From positions 160,001-224,000 of the forward strand of contig JAYFMW010000005.1 in assembly GCA_042408215.1 (NCBI GenBank): 64,000 bases of DNA, given 5' to 3'. The notes under the pieces are model-generated. The model was not told the origin of the DNA. It made no database searches and saw only the letters and a program-made list of their open reading frames with translations. Origin of the DNA: Microcoleus sp. GTDB taxonomy: Bacteria > Cyanobacteriota > Cyanobacteriia > Cyanobacteriales > Microcoleaceae. Both the position numbers and the translations under genes were made by a program. Positions 30,896 through 40,581 of the stretch are shown here, in pieces; the stretch's first letter is position 1; every line of letters starts with the position of its first letter.

Positions 30896-30940
30896 AGTAT
30901 AATGAGGGAACATGATCAGCGTAAAAATTGCACAAAAATC

Positions 30941-31162
30941 ATGACTATCGATCTAGAGATTTTTCAAACAGTCGTCAAGATGCCAGAATCTCTCAAACAA
31001 GAGATCTTGCATTATGCAAAATATTTACTTGAGAAACACGCAAAAACTGAATCATCTCCAGAACAACTTGAACAACCTCATGGTTATGGTAGTTGGGCCG
31101 GTCAAATCGTTATGTCTGATGATTTCGATGAACCGCTGGAAGATTTAAAGGAATATATGTAA
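30941..31162 (+). CDS. DUF2281-like antitoxin
   Basis: MPESLKQEILHYAKYL...GYGSWAGQIVMSDDFDEPLED. Confidence 0.85.
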   Translation: MTIDLEIFQTVVKMPESLKQEILHYAKYLLEKHAKTESSPEQLEQPHGYGSWAGQIVMSDDFDEPLEDLKEYM

Positions 31163-31163
31163 C

Positions 31164-31544
31164 ATGGAATGCCTTTTAGATACTCATGCCTTTCTGTGGT
31201 ACTTGCTTGGCGATTCCAATCTAGGTAGTAAAGCAAAAGAAGCGATCGATACTAAAACAGGTTTGTATTTCAGTATTGCCAGCCTGTGGGAAATATCCAT
31301 TAAAATTAATGTCGGTAAGCTTCAACTGAATCGACCATTTGAAGATTTTCCGAAGGAATTGCAATACATTAACGCTCAAATTCTACCAATTACATTTGAA
31401 GACACTGAGATTTACACAAGTCTTCCCCTGCATCATCGAGATCCTTTCGATCGCATTTTGGTAGCACAGACGATGAATCATTCGCTGGTTTTGATTAGTC
31501 GTGATGAGGCTTTTGATGCTTATCCAATTCAGCGGGTGTGGTAA
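31164..31544 (+). CDS. vapC: VapC/PIN toxin
   Basis: LLDTHAFLW, ASLWEISIK and HRDPFDRIL motifs. Confidence 0.93.
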   Translation: MECLLDTHAFLWYLLGDSNLGSKAKEAIDTKTGLYFSIASLWEISIKINVGKLQLNRPFEDFPKELQYINAQILPITFEDTEIYTSLPLHHRDPFDRILVAQTMNHSLVLISRDEAFDAYPIQRVW

Positions 31545-31581
31545 TAAAGAAGGCAAACAGAACAATCCAATACAAACTGCA

Positions 31582-31854
31582 TTAAAACCTGCGTCCTTCT
31601 TCAATCATTTCACGGATTGAGCTTTGAGCCAAAGCAATTTCTTTCCGCAGTTGTAGCATTCTAGCAATTGCTGCTTGAATTGATTTTTTAGTAGTCACCT
31701 TTCCCCAAGCGTTATACTTCGGTTTAACTTCCTCAGATGGTAGATGCTGTACAACTACTACCACTTCAACAGAAGTATCTTTAAACTCAGCGGGCATTTG
31801 GAGAAGCAATATGCCATCTGTTCCAATATGCGATCGCAGTTTCATTGTTTCCAT
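31582..31854 (-). CDS. Antitoxin-like protein, copy 2 (identical protein to 29054-29326)
   Basis: Part of an ~420-bp direct repeat; followed only by the first 8 codons of vapC. Confidence 0.75.
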   Translation of the reverse strand: METMKLRSHIGTDGILLLQMPAEFKDTSVEVVVVVQHLPSEEVKPKYNAWGKVTTKKSIQAAIARMLQLRKEIALAQSSIREMIEEGRRF

Positions 31855-31998
31855 GCAAGACTCCAGAAACTTCGAGCAATTCTACTTTACCTCAAAGCTG
31901 TTCACCTTTACCAGTATCTTGACCGATCGCATAGGTGCTATTGAATGGTTGCGCGATCGCCCTTCACACCAAATACCAAACACTCCAATGATGGTAAT

Positions 31999-32104
31999 GA
32001 TATCAAATCCGGTAGCATCGGAATTATTCATCTCTCTCTTCTCTCCCTCTGCGCCCTCTGCGCCCTCTGCGGTTAAATCATTCCGATGCAACCGGAAACG
32101 ATAT
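31999..32104. repeat. Dispersed element ATATCAAATCCGGTAGCATCGG...CCGATGCAACCGGAAACGATAT
   Basis: Near-identical copy at ~60429-60532; related ends flank the 18.6-19.9 kb array and occur at ~45856-46036. Confidence 0.75.
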
Positions 32105-32152
32105 GACTAATAACTAATGACTAATGACTAATGACTAATGACTAATGACTAA

Positions 32153-32446
32153 CTAATGTAAAAACTTGCGGACTTGATATTCGCGGCTTTCCGCGAGCGG
32201 CATTTGCAAATCCCCCATTTTGGCATCCAACTCATCGATGACGCTTTGCGGAACCGACTTCCAAAGCTCTTTAGTTTGCCAGCGAATCACTATCACCACC
32301 TCATTTTGTACCGGATCTACCCAAATTTATTTTCCCAAAAAACCGGGAACACTTCTTAATCCAGCAGTCCAAACTTCCTCATCTCGCTGAATAAATTCCT
32401 CCCACTTTTCTGGAGGTACTTGAAATTTAAGCCACTCGATTACCAT
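32153..32446 (-). pseudogene. TIGR03792-like cyanobacterial protein with an internal stop and a frameshift
   Basis: Manual translation: MVIEWLKFQVPPEKWEEFIQRDEEVWT...GFLGK*IWVDP...VIRWQTKELWK...REYQVRKFLH. Confidence 0.7.
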
Positions 32447-32551
32447 ATTATTTATTTTCCGGTTGCATTGTTATTATTTTAGTAGTAATGTGCGTCAAAA
32501 TGGCGTTATTTCCTCGATTATCGATCGGCCAATAGCTGACGCACCCTACAA

Positions 32552-34771
32552 TTAACTTTTGCCTATCGCAATTTTAACGATCAACTCTGTTCCCTCTCCG
32601 GGGCGAGAAAAACACTGCAATTGACCGCCGTGTTTTTCGACTACTAAATGGTGAGATATTGACAGGCCCAAACCTGTGTTCGTTACTAGGGGTTTAGTAG
32701 TAAATAAAGGGTCAAAGATGCAGCCCAGGACTTCTGGTGTCATGCCAGGGCCATTGTCGCTAATGGCGATCGCCACTTCACTTTCCCCTACCAACTCCGT
32801 CCGAATCCGAATTTCAGGATTCAATATTTGAGATTCCGATTTGTCTGAAAATAACGGAGACTGACTTGGGATTATACCATATTTTTCGGGATTTTTACCC
32901 CCTTCTTCCAAAGCATCGAGCGCATTTGTTAACAAGTGCATGAACACTTGATTTAGCTGTCCGGCATAGCACTGGACTCGCGGCAAATCTCCGTATTCTT
33001 TAACGAGAGAAATACCAGGTCGTCCCCCTTTAGCTTGCAGGCGATTTTGCAAGATTAGCAAAGTGCTGTCCAAACCTTCATGGATGTCTGCAAACTTCAT
33101 TTCGGCTTCGTCGGGACGCGAGAACAAGCGGAGCGATCGCACTACATCCCGAATCCTTTCCGAACCCAGTTTCATTGAATTAAGCAGTTTTATCAAGTCT
33201 TGTTTAACAAATTCTAAGTCTAAGTCTTCGGTCAGATCTTGAATTTCCCGCCCTGGATTGGGATAATACTTTTGGTAAAGTTCCACTAAGCGCAGCAGAT
33301 CTTTAACGTACTCGCTGGCGTGGCTGATATTCCCATAAATAAAACTAACAGGATTGTTAATTTCGTGAGCTACTCCTGCTACCAACTGCCCCAGAGACGA
33401 CATCTTTTCTGTTTGAATCAATTGAGTTTGAGTGCGCTGCAATACTAACAGCATTTCCTCCAACTTCGCCGCTTGTTCCCGCAGGCTTTGCTCGGATTCT
33501 TGCAAAGCCAAAAGATCCGATTTGCGTTCTGTAATATCCAATCCCACAAACACCGCAGCCGTACTTTTTTGGTATTTTTGAGCCACGATTAAATAAGTTT
33601 TGTTCTCTCCTCGGATCCTAGCTGTTACTTCTTGAGATGTCTTTTTCTCACTGGTGGCAAAAAAATCGTATACTAAATCATTAAATTTGGGGCTGGTCTC
33701 TAAAAAACCTACTTGTTGACCATTAAATATTTCGGCGGGTAATTGATAAGCAGCAGCTAAATGCCGATTTACTCCCAAATAACGCAAATCGGAACTTACC
33801 CAAGAAACTAATCCGGGCACAGCGTCCAAGACAGCTTGAAGTTGCTCTTTAGCCTCTAAAAGGGTGGATTCTGCTACTTGGCGATCGCAGATATCGCGGG
33901 CGATCGCCCAGCCGTATTCACAACCAGCGTATTCTAAATAATTGACCTTAACTTCTACGGGCAAACTTGCCCCGCCTTTGGTTGTGTAACAGGATTCAAA
34001 AGTGAGGTTACTTTGGTGTTTGAGTTCCCTCCAGTGCGCGGGCCAATCCGCTGGTGACAACTGCGAATCGATGTCGATAACTCTTAGTTTAAGTATTTCG
34101 GATTGCGAGTATCCTAAAAGATGACAAGCTGCTTGGTTAGCATAGCAAATTTGACCGTCTGAGCTAGTGCATAAAACTACATCAGCGGCACTATCTAGGG
34201 CAATTTGAGTGAGTTCCGATCTTATTTCTAACTGCGGAATTTTGAACTCTGATCTCAATTTTTGGGGGCGATTTATTGATAATTTTTGGTCAGCTACTTC
34301 CTCAATAGATATCATCAAGCCCCCGATGGAACTATCGCTATTTTTCCAAGGCTGAAATGACCATTTTACCCATTCGCCTCCGTCCAATCCGATTTGCTCG
34401 CGCTTAGATGTAGTCCATCGCGCTGCCACAAACTCACTGTATTGCAACACTCCCGCCAAACAAGCCCGGGCATTTTGCCACCAATATTCCGGGAGATTGG
34501 GAAACAGTTCCCAATGATACCCACCAATTGCGTCGCCGCCACAGGAGTCAAAATCTGTTTCCCAGCGACGAGAAACACACAGATAGCGCATTTCGGCATC
34601 TACCATTGCTACGGCATCGGGTGAGTGTTCCACCAACCGCTGAAATCGCTCTTTCTCTTTGATAACACCTTCGGACACGGCTGCCTCTGCGGATTGGTGG
34701 ACCATCAAAGTTTTCCCCTCTGCATACCCGATCAGTACCTGACTTTTTTGCTGAACTGGCTTAGTTTGCAC
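32552..34771 (-). CDS. Multi-PAS sensor histidine kinase
   Basis: PAS domains; AGVAHEINNP H-box; NQVFM, DNGPG and GLGLS boxes. Confidence 0.92.
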   Translation of the reverse strand: MQTKPVQQKSQVLIGYAEGKTLMVHQSAEAAVSEGVIKEKERFQRLVEHSPDAVAMVDAEMRYLCVSRRWETDFDSCGGDAIGGYHWELFPNLPEYWWQNARACLAGVLQYSEFVAARWTTSKREQIGLDGGEWVKWSFQPWKNSDSSIGGLMISIEEVADQKLSINRPQKLRSEFKIPQLEIRSELTQIALDSAADVVLCTSSDGQICYANQAACHLLGYSQSEILKLRVIDIDSQLSPADWPAHWRELKHQSNLTFESCYTTKGGASLPVEVKVNYLEYAGCEYGWAIARDICDRQVAESTLLEAKEQLQAVLDAVPGLVSWVSSDLRYLGVNRHLAAAYQLPAEIFNGQQVGFLETSPKFNDLVYDFFATSEKKTSQEVTARIRGENKTYLIVAQKYQKSTAAVFVGLDITERKSDLLALQESEQSLREQAAKLEEMLLVLQRTQTQLIQTEKMSSLGQLVAGVAHEINNPVSFIYGNISHASEYVKDLLRLVELYQKYYPNPGREIQDLTEDLDLEFVKQDLIKLLNSMKLGSERIRDVVRSLRLFSRPDEAEMKFADIHEGLDSTLLILQNRLQAKGGRPGISLVKEYGDLPRVQCYAGQLNQVFMHLLTNALDALEEGGKNPEKYGIIPSQSPLFSDKSESQILNPEIRIRTELVGESEVAIAISDNGPGMTPEVLGCIFDPLFTTKPLVTNTGLGLSISHHLVVEKHGGQLQCFSRPGEGTELIVKIAIGKS

Positions 34772-35008
34772 GGTTTGGGCTTTCCTCCATATTTGTCAAC
34801 TTGGCAAAATTTTGTTTAACAGCAAAAGTGTTTTTACCCTGATTTGATCGATCGCACCAACCCCCTGGAGGGTCTCACCCATCATTCATATCATTTTTGA
34901 TGGGGATTTGTCTATAGGTGCTAGAGGTGCTAGCAAAATTTTTGCGGAAATCGTGACCATTCAAGGATTTTCTAGTTTGAGACTCCCTGCTCTTTGATCT
35001 CATACCGC

Positions 35009-35330
35009 TCAGACAAATTTGTGCGTAAATTCACTGATAAAATCCACTCTCCCTTGGCGTAACATTGCGGTATCTAGTCTTTCAGTCCTGTTGCACGTCA
35101 TCAAAACTACGAGTTTCTGCTGAAATTGAATACCATCTTCATCAATCACCTCTTTGATAACATATTGATACAAAGTTCCATCCAGCCAACTCACAATGTG
35201 TTCGGTTTTGTTAGTGCGCTGGGCTGAGGCCGTCGATCTATCTTGTGCATTATTATCAGCTTCATTGATAATAATGCAAATCCGCTCTAAATAACTGGGA
35301 GGCACAAAACTCTTTGATAACATCTCACAG
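35009..35330 (-). pseudogene. AAA+ ATPase C-terminal fragment
   Basis: VLMTCNRTERLD.AMLR.GRVD (SRH-like motif); no Walker A. Confidence 0.5.
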
Positions 35331-35808
35331 CATCGTGGTCTCAGATAAAAATTACATAACCCAGAGGTACTAAACTCTTTGATAACATACTCTTCGCAGA
35401 CTGACTGACGGGAGGAATTCTCAAATCTCAAATCTCAAATCGGCTGACAGGGGCGATCTGAGAAAATCAGTCCTCAGATTGATAAAATCCTATCCAACTG
35501 CCAATAAAATTTGATGTAACTCGCTGACAGTGACTGCCTGACGCCGAGTCCAGATTTAAACGAAGAGGTAAAAAATATTGCAGCCGCTGGTACAACTTAA
35601 AAAATAGAGATAATGGATATGGATGCGAGTAGATTAGGTGTCAGCAGTCAATCGATTTTAGATTTTAGATTTTAGATTTTAGATTTACCCCACGTATAAA
35701 TGCGGGGGCTTGAGGATTTTAGATTTGGGATTTTGGATTGATTCCACGGATAAATCCGGGGGCTTGTACCACCTTTGAAATTATTGGTCAGGGGAGAAAA
35801 AACAAACA

Positions 35809-38550
35809 ATGGAAATTGAACCACGCATTCCGGGTAAAGCCGAGCGCGATCTACCGGACTCGGGCGATCGTCCCAGCAACCTCTTTGACAACATACTGAT
35901 CGCAAAAAAACTAGACTCGTCGCTTCAAGAATGTTTAGATTTCCGCATAGCGATCGACCGATCGGCACTGGCGGTGAGGACAGACGGCGAAGGAATTATC
36001 AATTACGTCAGCGATCGAGTTTGCTCGATTTCTAAATATTCGCGAACCGAACTACTCGGCTCCCACTTCGGCATCCTCCATTCGGAATATAAATCTTCAG
36101 AATTAATCATACTTTTCGATAACATACTGCGGTCGATATTGACAAAAGGTGAAGTTTGGGAAGGAGAAATTAAAAATTTAGCCAAAGATGGCACTGATTA
36201 TTGGGTACAGGGGGTGATAGTTCCATTCCTGGATTTTAAAGGAAAGCCAGAGCAATATTTAGCGATCGGATTCGACATCACACAGCACAAAGCCGTCGCA
36301 GCAGCACTAGCAGCAGTCAACCGCGCCAAAGACGAATTTTTGGGGATCGCCTCCCACGAACTGCGATCGCCCCTCAGCGCCATTTTGGGTTGGGTGCAGC
36401 TAGCGCGATCGCGGAAACTAAACGAAGCCACTACCAGCCGTGCTTTGGAAATCATCGAGCGCAACGCCAGAGTACAAAACCAGCAAATAGACAATCTCCT
36501 CGATCTTTCGCGGCTGTTGCGTGGCCAAGTGAGCCTCAACATCGGTCGAGTTTACATCCCATCAGTCATAGAATCCGCGATCGACATTCTGGGCCCTATG
36601 GCAGATGCCAAAAACATTCGCATCGAAAAATCTTTCGACCCCGCAGTCAGCTACATTTTGGGAGATGCAGAACGGTTGCAGCAAGTAGTCTGGAACCTGC
36701 TTTCCAACGCCATCAAATTTACCCCGGAATCGGTGGCGGGGGTAATTCAAATAGCGATCGAGTCTACTCCCTCATCCGTCCTGATTCGGTTTAGCGACAG
36801 CGGTTACGGGATCGACGGGAAATTTCTGCCTCACATCTTTGACTACTTCCGCCCCGCAGATTCCTGGAATCACAAGGAACAGCACCGGCTCGGCCTGGGA
36901 CTCTCAATTGTACGACAGTTGGTGGAACTGCACGGGGGAACTATTTCGGCTGCGAGTCCCGGAATCGGTGAGGGGACTACGTTTGTGGTGCAGCTACCGC
37001 TGGTGAACAGTCAAAATGCGATCGATCGCCGCATCGCGATCGGCCCAATCGAGAAACCGGAGGCAGTTCCTAAACCCCTAGCGGGGAAGCAAGTGCTGGT
37101 GGTTGACAGCAGCGCCGAGAGCGGGGAATTTCCGAAAAGTGCGATCGAAGCACTTGGAGCCCAAGTCAAGGTAGTGGCTACGGTGGGCGAAGCCATGAGC
37201 GAGTTAGAACAGTCGCGGCCCGACCTGTTGGTCAGCGACATTGGGATGCCAGAATCAGATGGGTGGGATTTGATCCGTCGCCTCAGAACTATGGAAACCT
37301 CCCAGCAAAGGCAACTGCTACCCGCCCTAGCGCTCACCGACCGCCTCTTTGAAGAGGATTCGGCATCCGTTCTGGAGGCGGGTTTTCAGAAGCATTTGTC
37401 GAAGCCGGTGACACCGAATCAGTTGGTGAGCGCGATCGTCCAATTGGCGGGAGTGACTGGACTCGACCCGGGAGAGTGGGGCCTCGGAAATAAGGAAGCG
37501 ATCGCCCCTCAAAATGTACTGCTAGAGGCTAACAGTTCCGCAGCGAAAATAACAGAGGAAAAATCAGCAATTGATCGCGAAGAGTTACCGCTGATCCTCG
37601 TAGTAGAAGATAACAATTTTTTACTAACTTACCTGCAAACTTTACTGAAGCCCTACTACCGAGTAGCTGTGGCTGGTGACGGTATTGAAGGCTTGGAAAA
37701 AGCCAAAAAATTGCTACCAAATTTGATTTTGAGCGACCAAATCATGCCCCTAAAAAACGGGCTGGATTTGCTCAAGGAAATTCGGAATACAGCGGAATTG
37801 AGAGCGACTCCAGTCATCTTTTTGACAGCGCGATCGGGCATGGAAGCTCGAATTGAAAGTTTGGATGCTGGTGCTGACGATTATATTTCTAAGCCCTGTG
37901 ACGAGAGGGAACTGCTGGCGAGGGTGAGAAATTTATTGCGATCGCACGCAGCCGAACAGCAATTGGCGCTACTCAACCGTCAGTTACAGGAGCAAAAACA
38001 GCAATTAGAAACCGCAAATCAAGCCTTACAGTATTTAGCAACCTATGACAGTTTAACGGAGCTAAAAAATCGTCGGTGTTTAAATGAATATCTCGATACT
38101 GAATGGCGGCGTTTGGCGAGGGAAGAAGCGCCACTGTCTTTGATTATGTGCGATATTGATTATTTCAAACTTTACAACGACACCTACGGCCACCAAGCCG
38201 GGGATGAATGTTTGCGACAAGTGGCTGGTGTTTTACGGAGCTCGTTGAAGCGTCCCGCCGATTTAGTGGCGCGTTACGGGGGCGAGGAATTTGTGGTTGT
38301 TTTGCCAAATACGGATATTGAAGGTGCGACTCGCGTTGCTGAATTTATCCGCGCCGAAGTGCAGGGTTTGCAGATAATTCACGCTAAGTCCGCTGTCAGT
38401 CAATATGTCACGCTGAGTCTGGGGGTAGCTTGGTGCATTCCGGCGCCCCACAAGCCGCCTGAAACGCTAATTGCGATCGCCGACGAGTATCTCTACCGCG
38501 CGAAAAACGAAGGGCGCGATCGGGTTTCGGTTGCCAAATTTCAAGGATAA
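35809..38550 (+). CDS. Hybrid PAS-histidine kinase-REC-REC-GGDEF protein
   Basis: SHELRSPL H-box, NLLSNAIKF, two receiver domains and ARYGGEEF. Confidence 0.92.
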   Translation: MEIEPRIPGKAERDLPDSGDRPSNLFDNILIAKKLDSSLQECLDFRIAIDRSALAVRTDGEGIINYVSDRVCSISKYSRTELLGSHFGILHSEYKSSELIILFDNILRSILTKGEVWEGEIKNLAKDGTDYWVQGVIVPFLDFKGKPEQYLAIGFDITQHKAVAAALAAVNRAKDEFLGIASHELRSPLSAILGWVQLARSRKLNEATTSRALEIIERNARVQNQQIDNLLDLSRLLRGQVSLNIGRVYIPSVIESAIDILGPMADAKNIRIEKSFDPAVSYILGDAERLQQVVWNLLSNAIKFTPESVAGVIQIAIESTPSSVLIRFSDSGYGIDGKFLPHIFDYFRPADSWNHKEQHRLGLGLSIVRQLVELHGGTISAASPGIGEGTTFVVQLPLVNSQNAIDRRIAIGPIEKPEAVPKPLAGKQVLVVDSSAESGEFPKSAIEALGAQVKVVATVGEAMSELEQSRPDLLVSDIGMPESDGWDLIRRLRTMETSQQRQLLPALALTDRLFEEDSASVLEAGFQKHLSKPVTPNQLVSAIVQLAGVTGLDPGEWGLGNKEAIAPQNVLLEANSSAAKITEEKSAIDREELPLILVVEDNNFLLTYLQTLLKPYYRVAVAGDGIEGLEKAKKLLPNLILSDQIMPLKNGLDLLKEIRNTAELRATPVIFLTARSGMEARIESLDAGADDYISKPCDERELLARVRNLLRSHAAEQQLALLNRQLQEQKQQLETANQALQYLATYDSLTELKNRRCLNEYLDTEWRRLAREEAPLSLIMCDIDYFKLYNDTYGHQAGDECLRQVAGVLRSSLKRPADLVARYGGEEFVVVLPNTDIEGATRVAEFIRAEVQGLQIIHAKSAVSQYVTLSLGVAWCIPAPHKPPETLIAIADEYLYRAKNEGRDRVSVAKFQG

Positions 38551-38682
38551 TATAATAGTTAAATCAACTTGTAGGGTGCGTCAGACATCGATAGTTTCGA
38601 TTTAAACTGGTTTTTCGGCTCTGACGCACCCTACCAATGTGCGAATTCAAATTGCTATAAAATAGTTAAAGGAGGTCGTGCC

Positions 38683-39095
38683 ATGACAGCAACATTAGAC
38701 AAACCAAAAGACCAGCGGCTAATTCACTCCGGGATTGATTGGCAACAATTCAAGCTAATCGAGCAGGGGTTTTATGACGAAGTAGAAATCTTGGCAGTTT
38801 CGCATTCGTCACGATATCAAGTCCTCTTGATTAGCTGTCATTCTGAATGCAGTGAAGAATCTCGCCCGATGCAACGCTTGACTACGTTCCACTCAGCATG
38901 ACAAGCAAGTACCCGAAGTTTGGTTTTGGGAAGACGGATTATTGGCCCTCGATCACTTGCGATCGCAGGGTTATGAAAAAAGTGCATGAAGCGAAATGTT
39001 GCCAGATTTAGACATGAATTTGTTGTCTCGCTGTCTGCTGATGGCTTCTAGGATTGAAGCTGTTAAAGAGTTCCGGCGTGGCTCTGGAGATTAGA
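38683..39095 (+). pseudogene. Uma2-family endonuclease pseudogene with internal deletion and REP-like insertion
   Basis: MTATLDKPKDQRLIHSGIDWQQF..., then a TGTCATTCTGA...TCAGCATGACA hairpin (~38836-38903), then VPEVWFWEDG...LPDLD. Confidence 0.7.
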
Positions 39096-39457
39096 TAAAA
39101 AGTGTATTCTACTTCACAAATTATTCAGCAACTTAACAGGAATATGTGACAATTCCTATTGCTCATGGTGAAATTGACTCCCAACTCATTGTTTACGTTG
39201 TAAATGCCGTATTTGACGATCGCGAATCTGTTGCTGTTATCAGAAATTCTTAAACCAGGCTCTTGACTTATTGTAGTATACTCGTACTATAACACGAAGA
39301 AGAAGCCCACCCTCGATGGAAGGTGGGCTCAGTTCATACCAGCTTACGGACAGCTAGGTAATCGGGTCTCTGGAAAGCTAGACGAACAAATTCATAAAAA
39401 GATCCATTCCTTCGGAAAAACCGATCGCCAACAGTTAAGCTTCAGCTAACCGATCGA

Positions 39458-40303
39458 CTAAGCATCGTCATCGTGAGCAAAGCGATGGAACAGGAAATCT
39501 AGAGCGTAGTTCCGCAGGTTGTAGTATTCTGGATCTTCCATAATCTGAACCCGATCGCGCGGGCGAGGAAAAGGAATCTCCAAAACCTCGCCAATTGTCG
39601 CCGATGGGCCATTAGTCATCATCACCAGGCGATCGGCCAAAAACAAAGCCTCATCAATATCGTGAGTAATCATCAACACAGTACAGCGGTGATCGTTCCA
39701 GATTTTCAGCAACTCTTCCTGCAATTCCTCCTTAGTAATTGCGTCCAGAGCACCAAAAGGTTCGTCTAAAATCAGCACTTTCGGGCGAATTGCCAAAGCG
39801 CGGGCGATGGAAACCCGCTGCTTCATCCCCCCCGAAATTTGCGGAGGTCTTTTCTCAGCAGCTTCAGTCAATCCCACCATCGCCAAATGCTCATTGACGA
39901 TCGCATTTTTTTCCACCTTCGACTTATCGGGAAATACAGCATTAACAGCTAGATAAACATTTTCAAACACCGTCCGCCAAGGTAGCAAAGCATAACCCTG
40001 AAACACCACCATGCGATCGGGGCCCGGCTGCGTAATCTGCTGGCCGTTAATCATCACCCTACCTTCGCTAGGATGGCTAAAACCGGACACCATATTTAAC
40101 AGCGTTGACTTACCACAACCTGAGTGTCCAATGAGCGTAATAAACTCACCCTCAGCTACAGTCAAGTTGACGTTTTCTAAAGCTCTGTAACCGTTTGGAT
40201 ATGATTTGTGAACATTGTCCATCACCAAAAAAGGTTTCCGGCGATCCTGTCCTTTCTTGTTTTGCTTTTTGGTGTCGATCTGCGTCGTAGTGGTTTTGAG
40301 CAT
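39458..40303 (-). CDS. cmpD: Bicarbonate ABC transporter ATP-binding subunit
   Basis: GHSGCGKS, ISGGMKQR and LDEPFGALD motifs; operon context. Confidence 0.85.
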   Translation of the reverse strand: MLKTTTTQIDTKKQNKKGQDRRKPFLVMDNVHKSYPNGYRALENVNLTVAEGEFITLIGHSGCGKSTLLNMVSGFSHPSEGRVMINGQQITQPGPDRMVVFQGYALLPWRTVFENVYLAVNAVFPDKSKVEKNAIVNEHLAMVGLTEAAEKRPPQISGGMKQRVSIARALAIRPKVLILDEPFGALDAITKEELQEELLKIWNDHRCTVLMITHDIDEALFLADRLVMMTNGPSATIGEVLEIPFPRPRDRVQIMEDPEYYNLRNYALDFLFHRFAHDDDA

Positions 40304-40581
40304 GATTTTGGAAATTGTTAGTGGGTTATTGGCGAAGGAAGTTCGGCAACGGATTCTGTAACGGATTTAACGGATGTAACGGAAGTCAGGAAGAGGGAAT
40401 TACCAACTAACAATTAGCAATTACCCTATTTTCATGCAACTGAAAACTGCTCTAACTCATATGTTGCACCATTCTCAAGAAGAGGCAAGATGCCTGTTCC
40501 ACAAAGAGTGAGTTTTATTGTGGGGTGGGCAGGAGATCCCGCCCGTAAAAGGCTTATGGCAAATGGTGCAAAATCTCTGTT

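Noticed and set aside
39295..39340. Possible IS200/IS605 end remnant (GAAGCCCACC...GGTGGGCTC)
   Set aside because: Only a short hairpin with no matching other end; it could equally be a terminator for cmpD.
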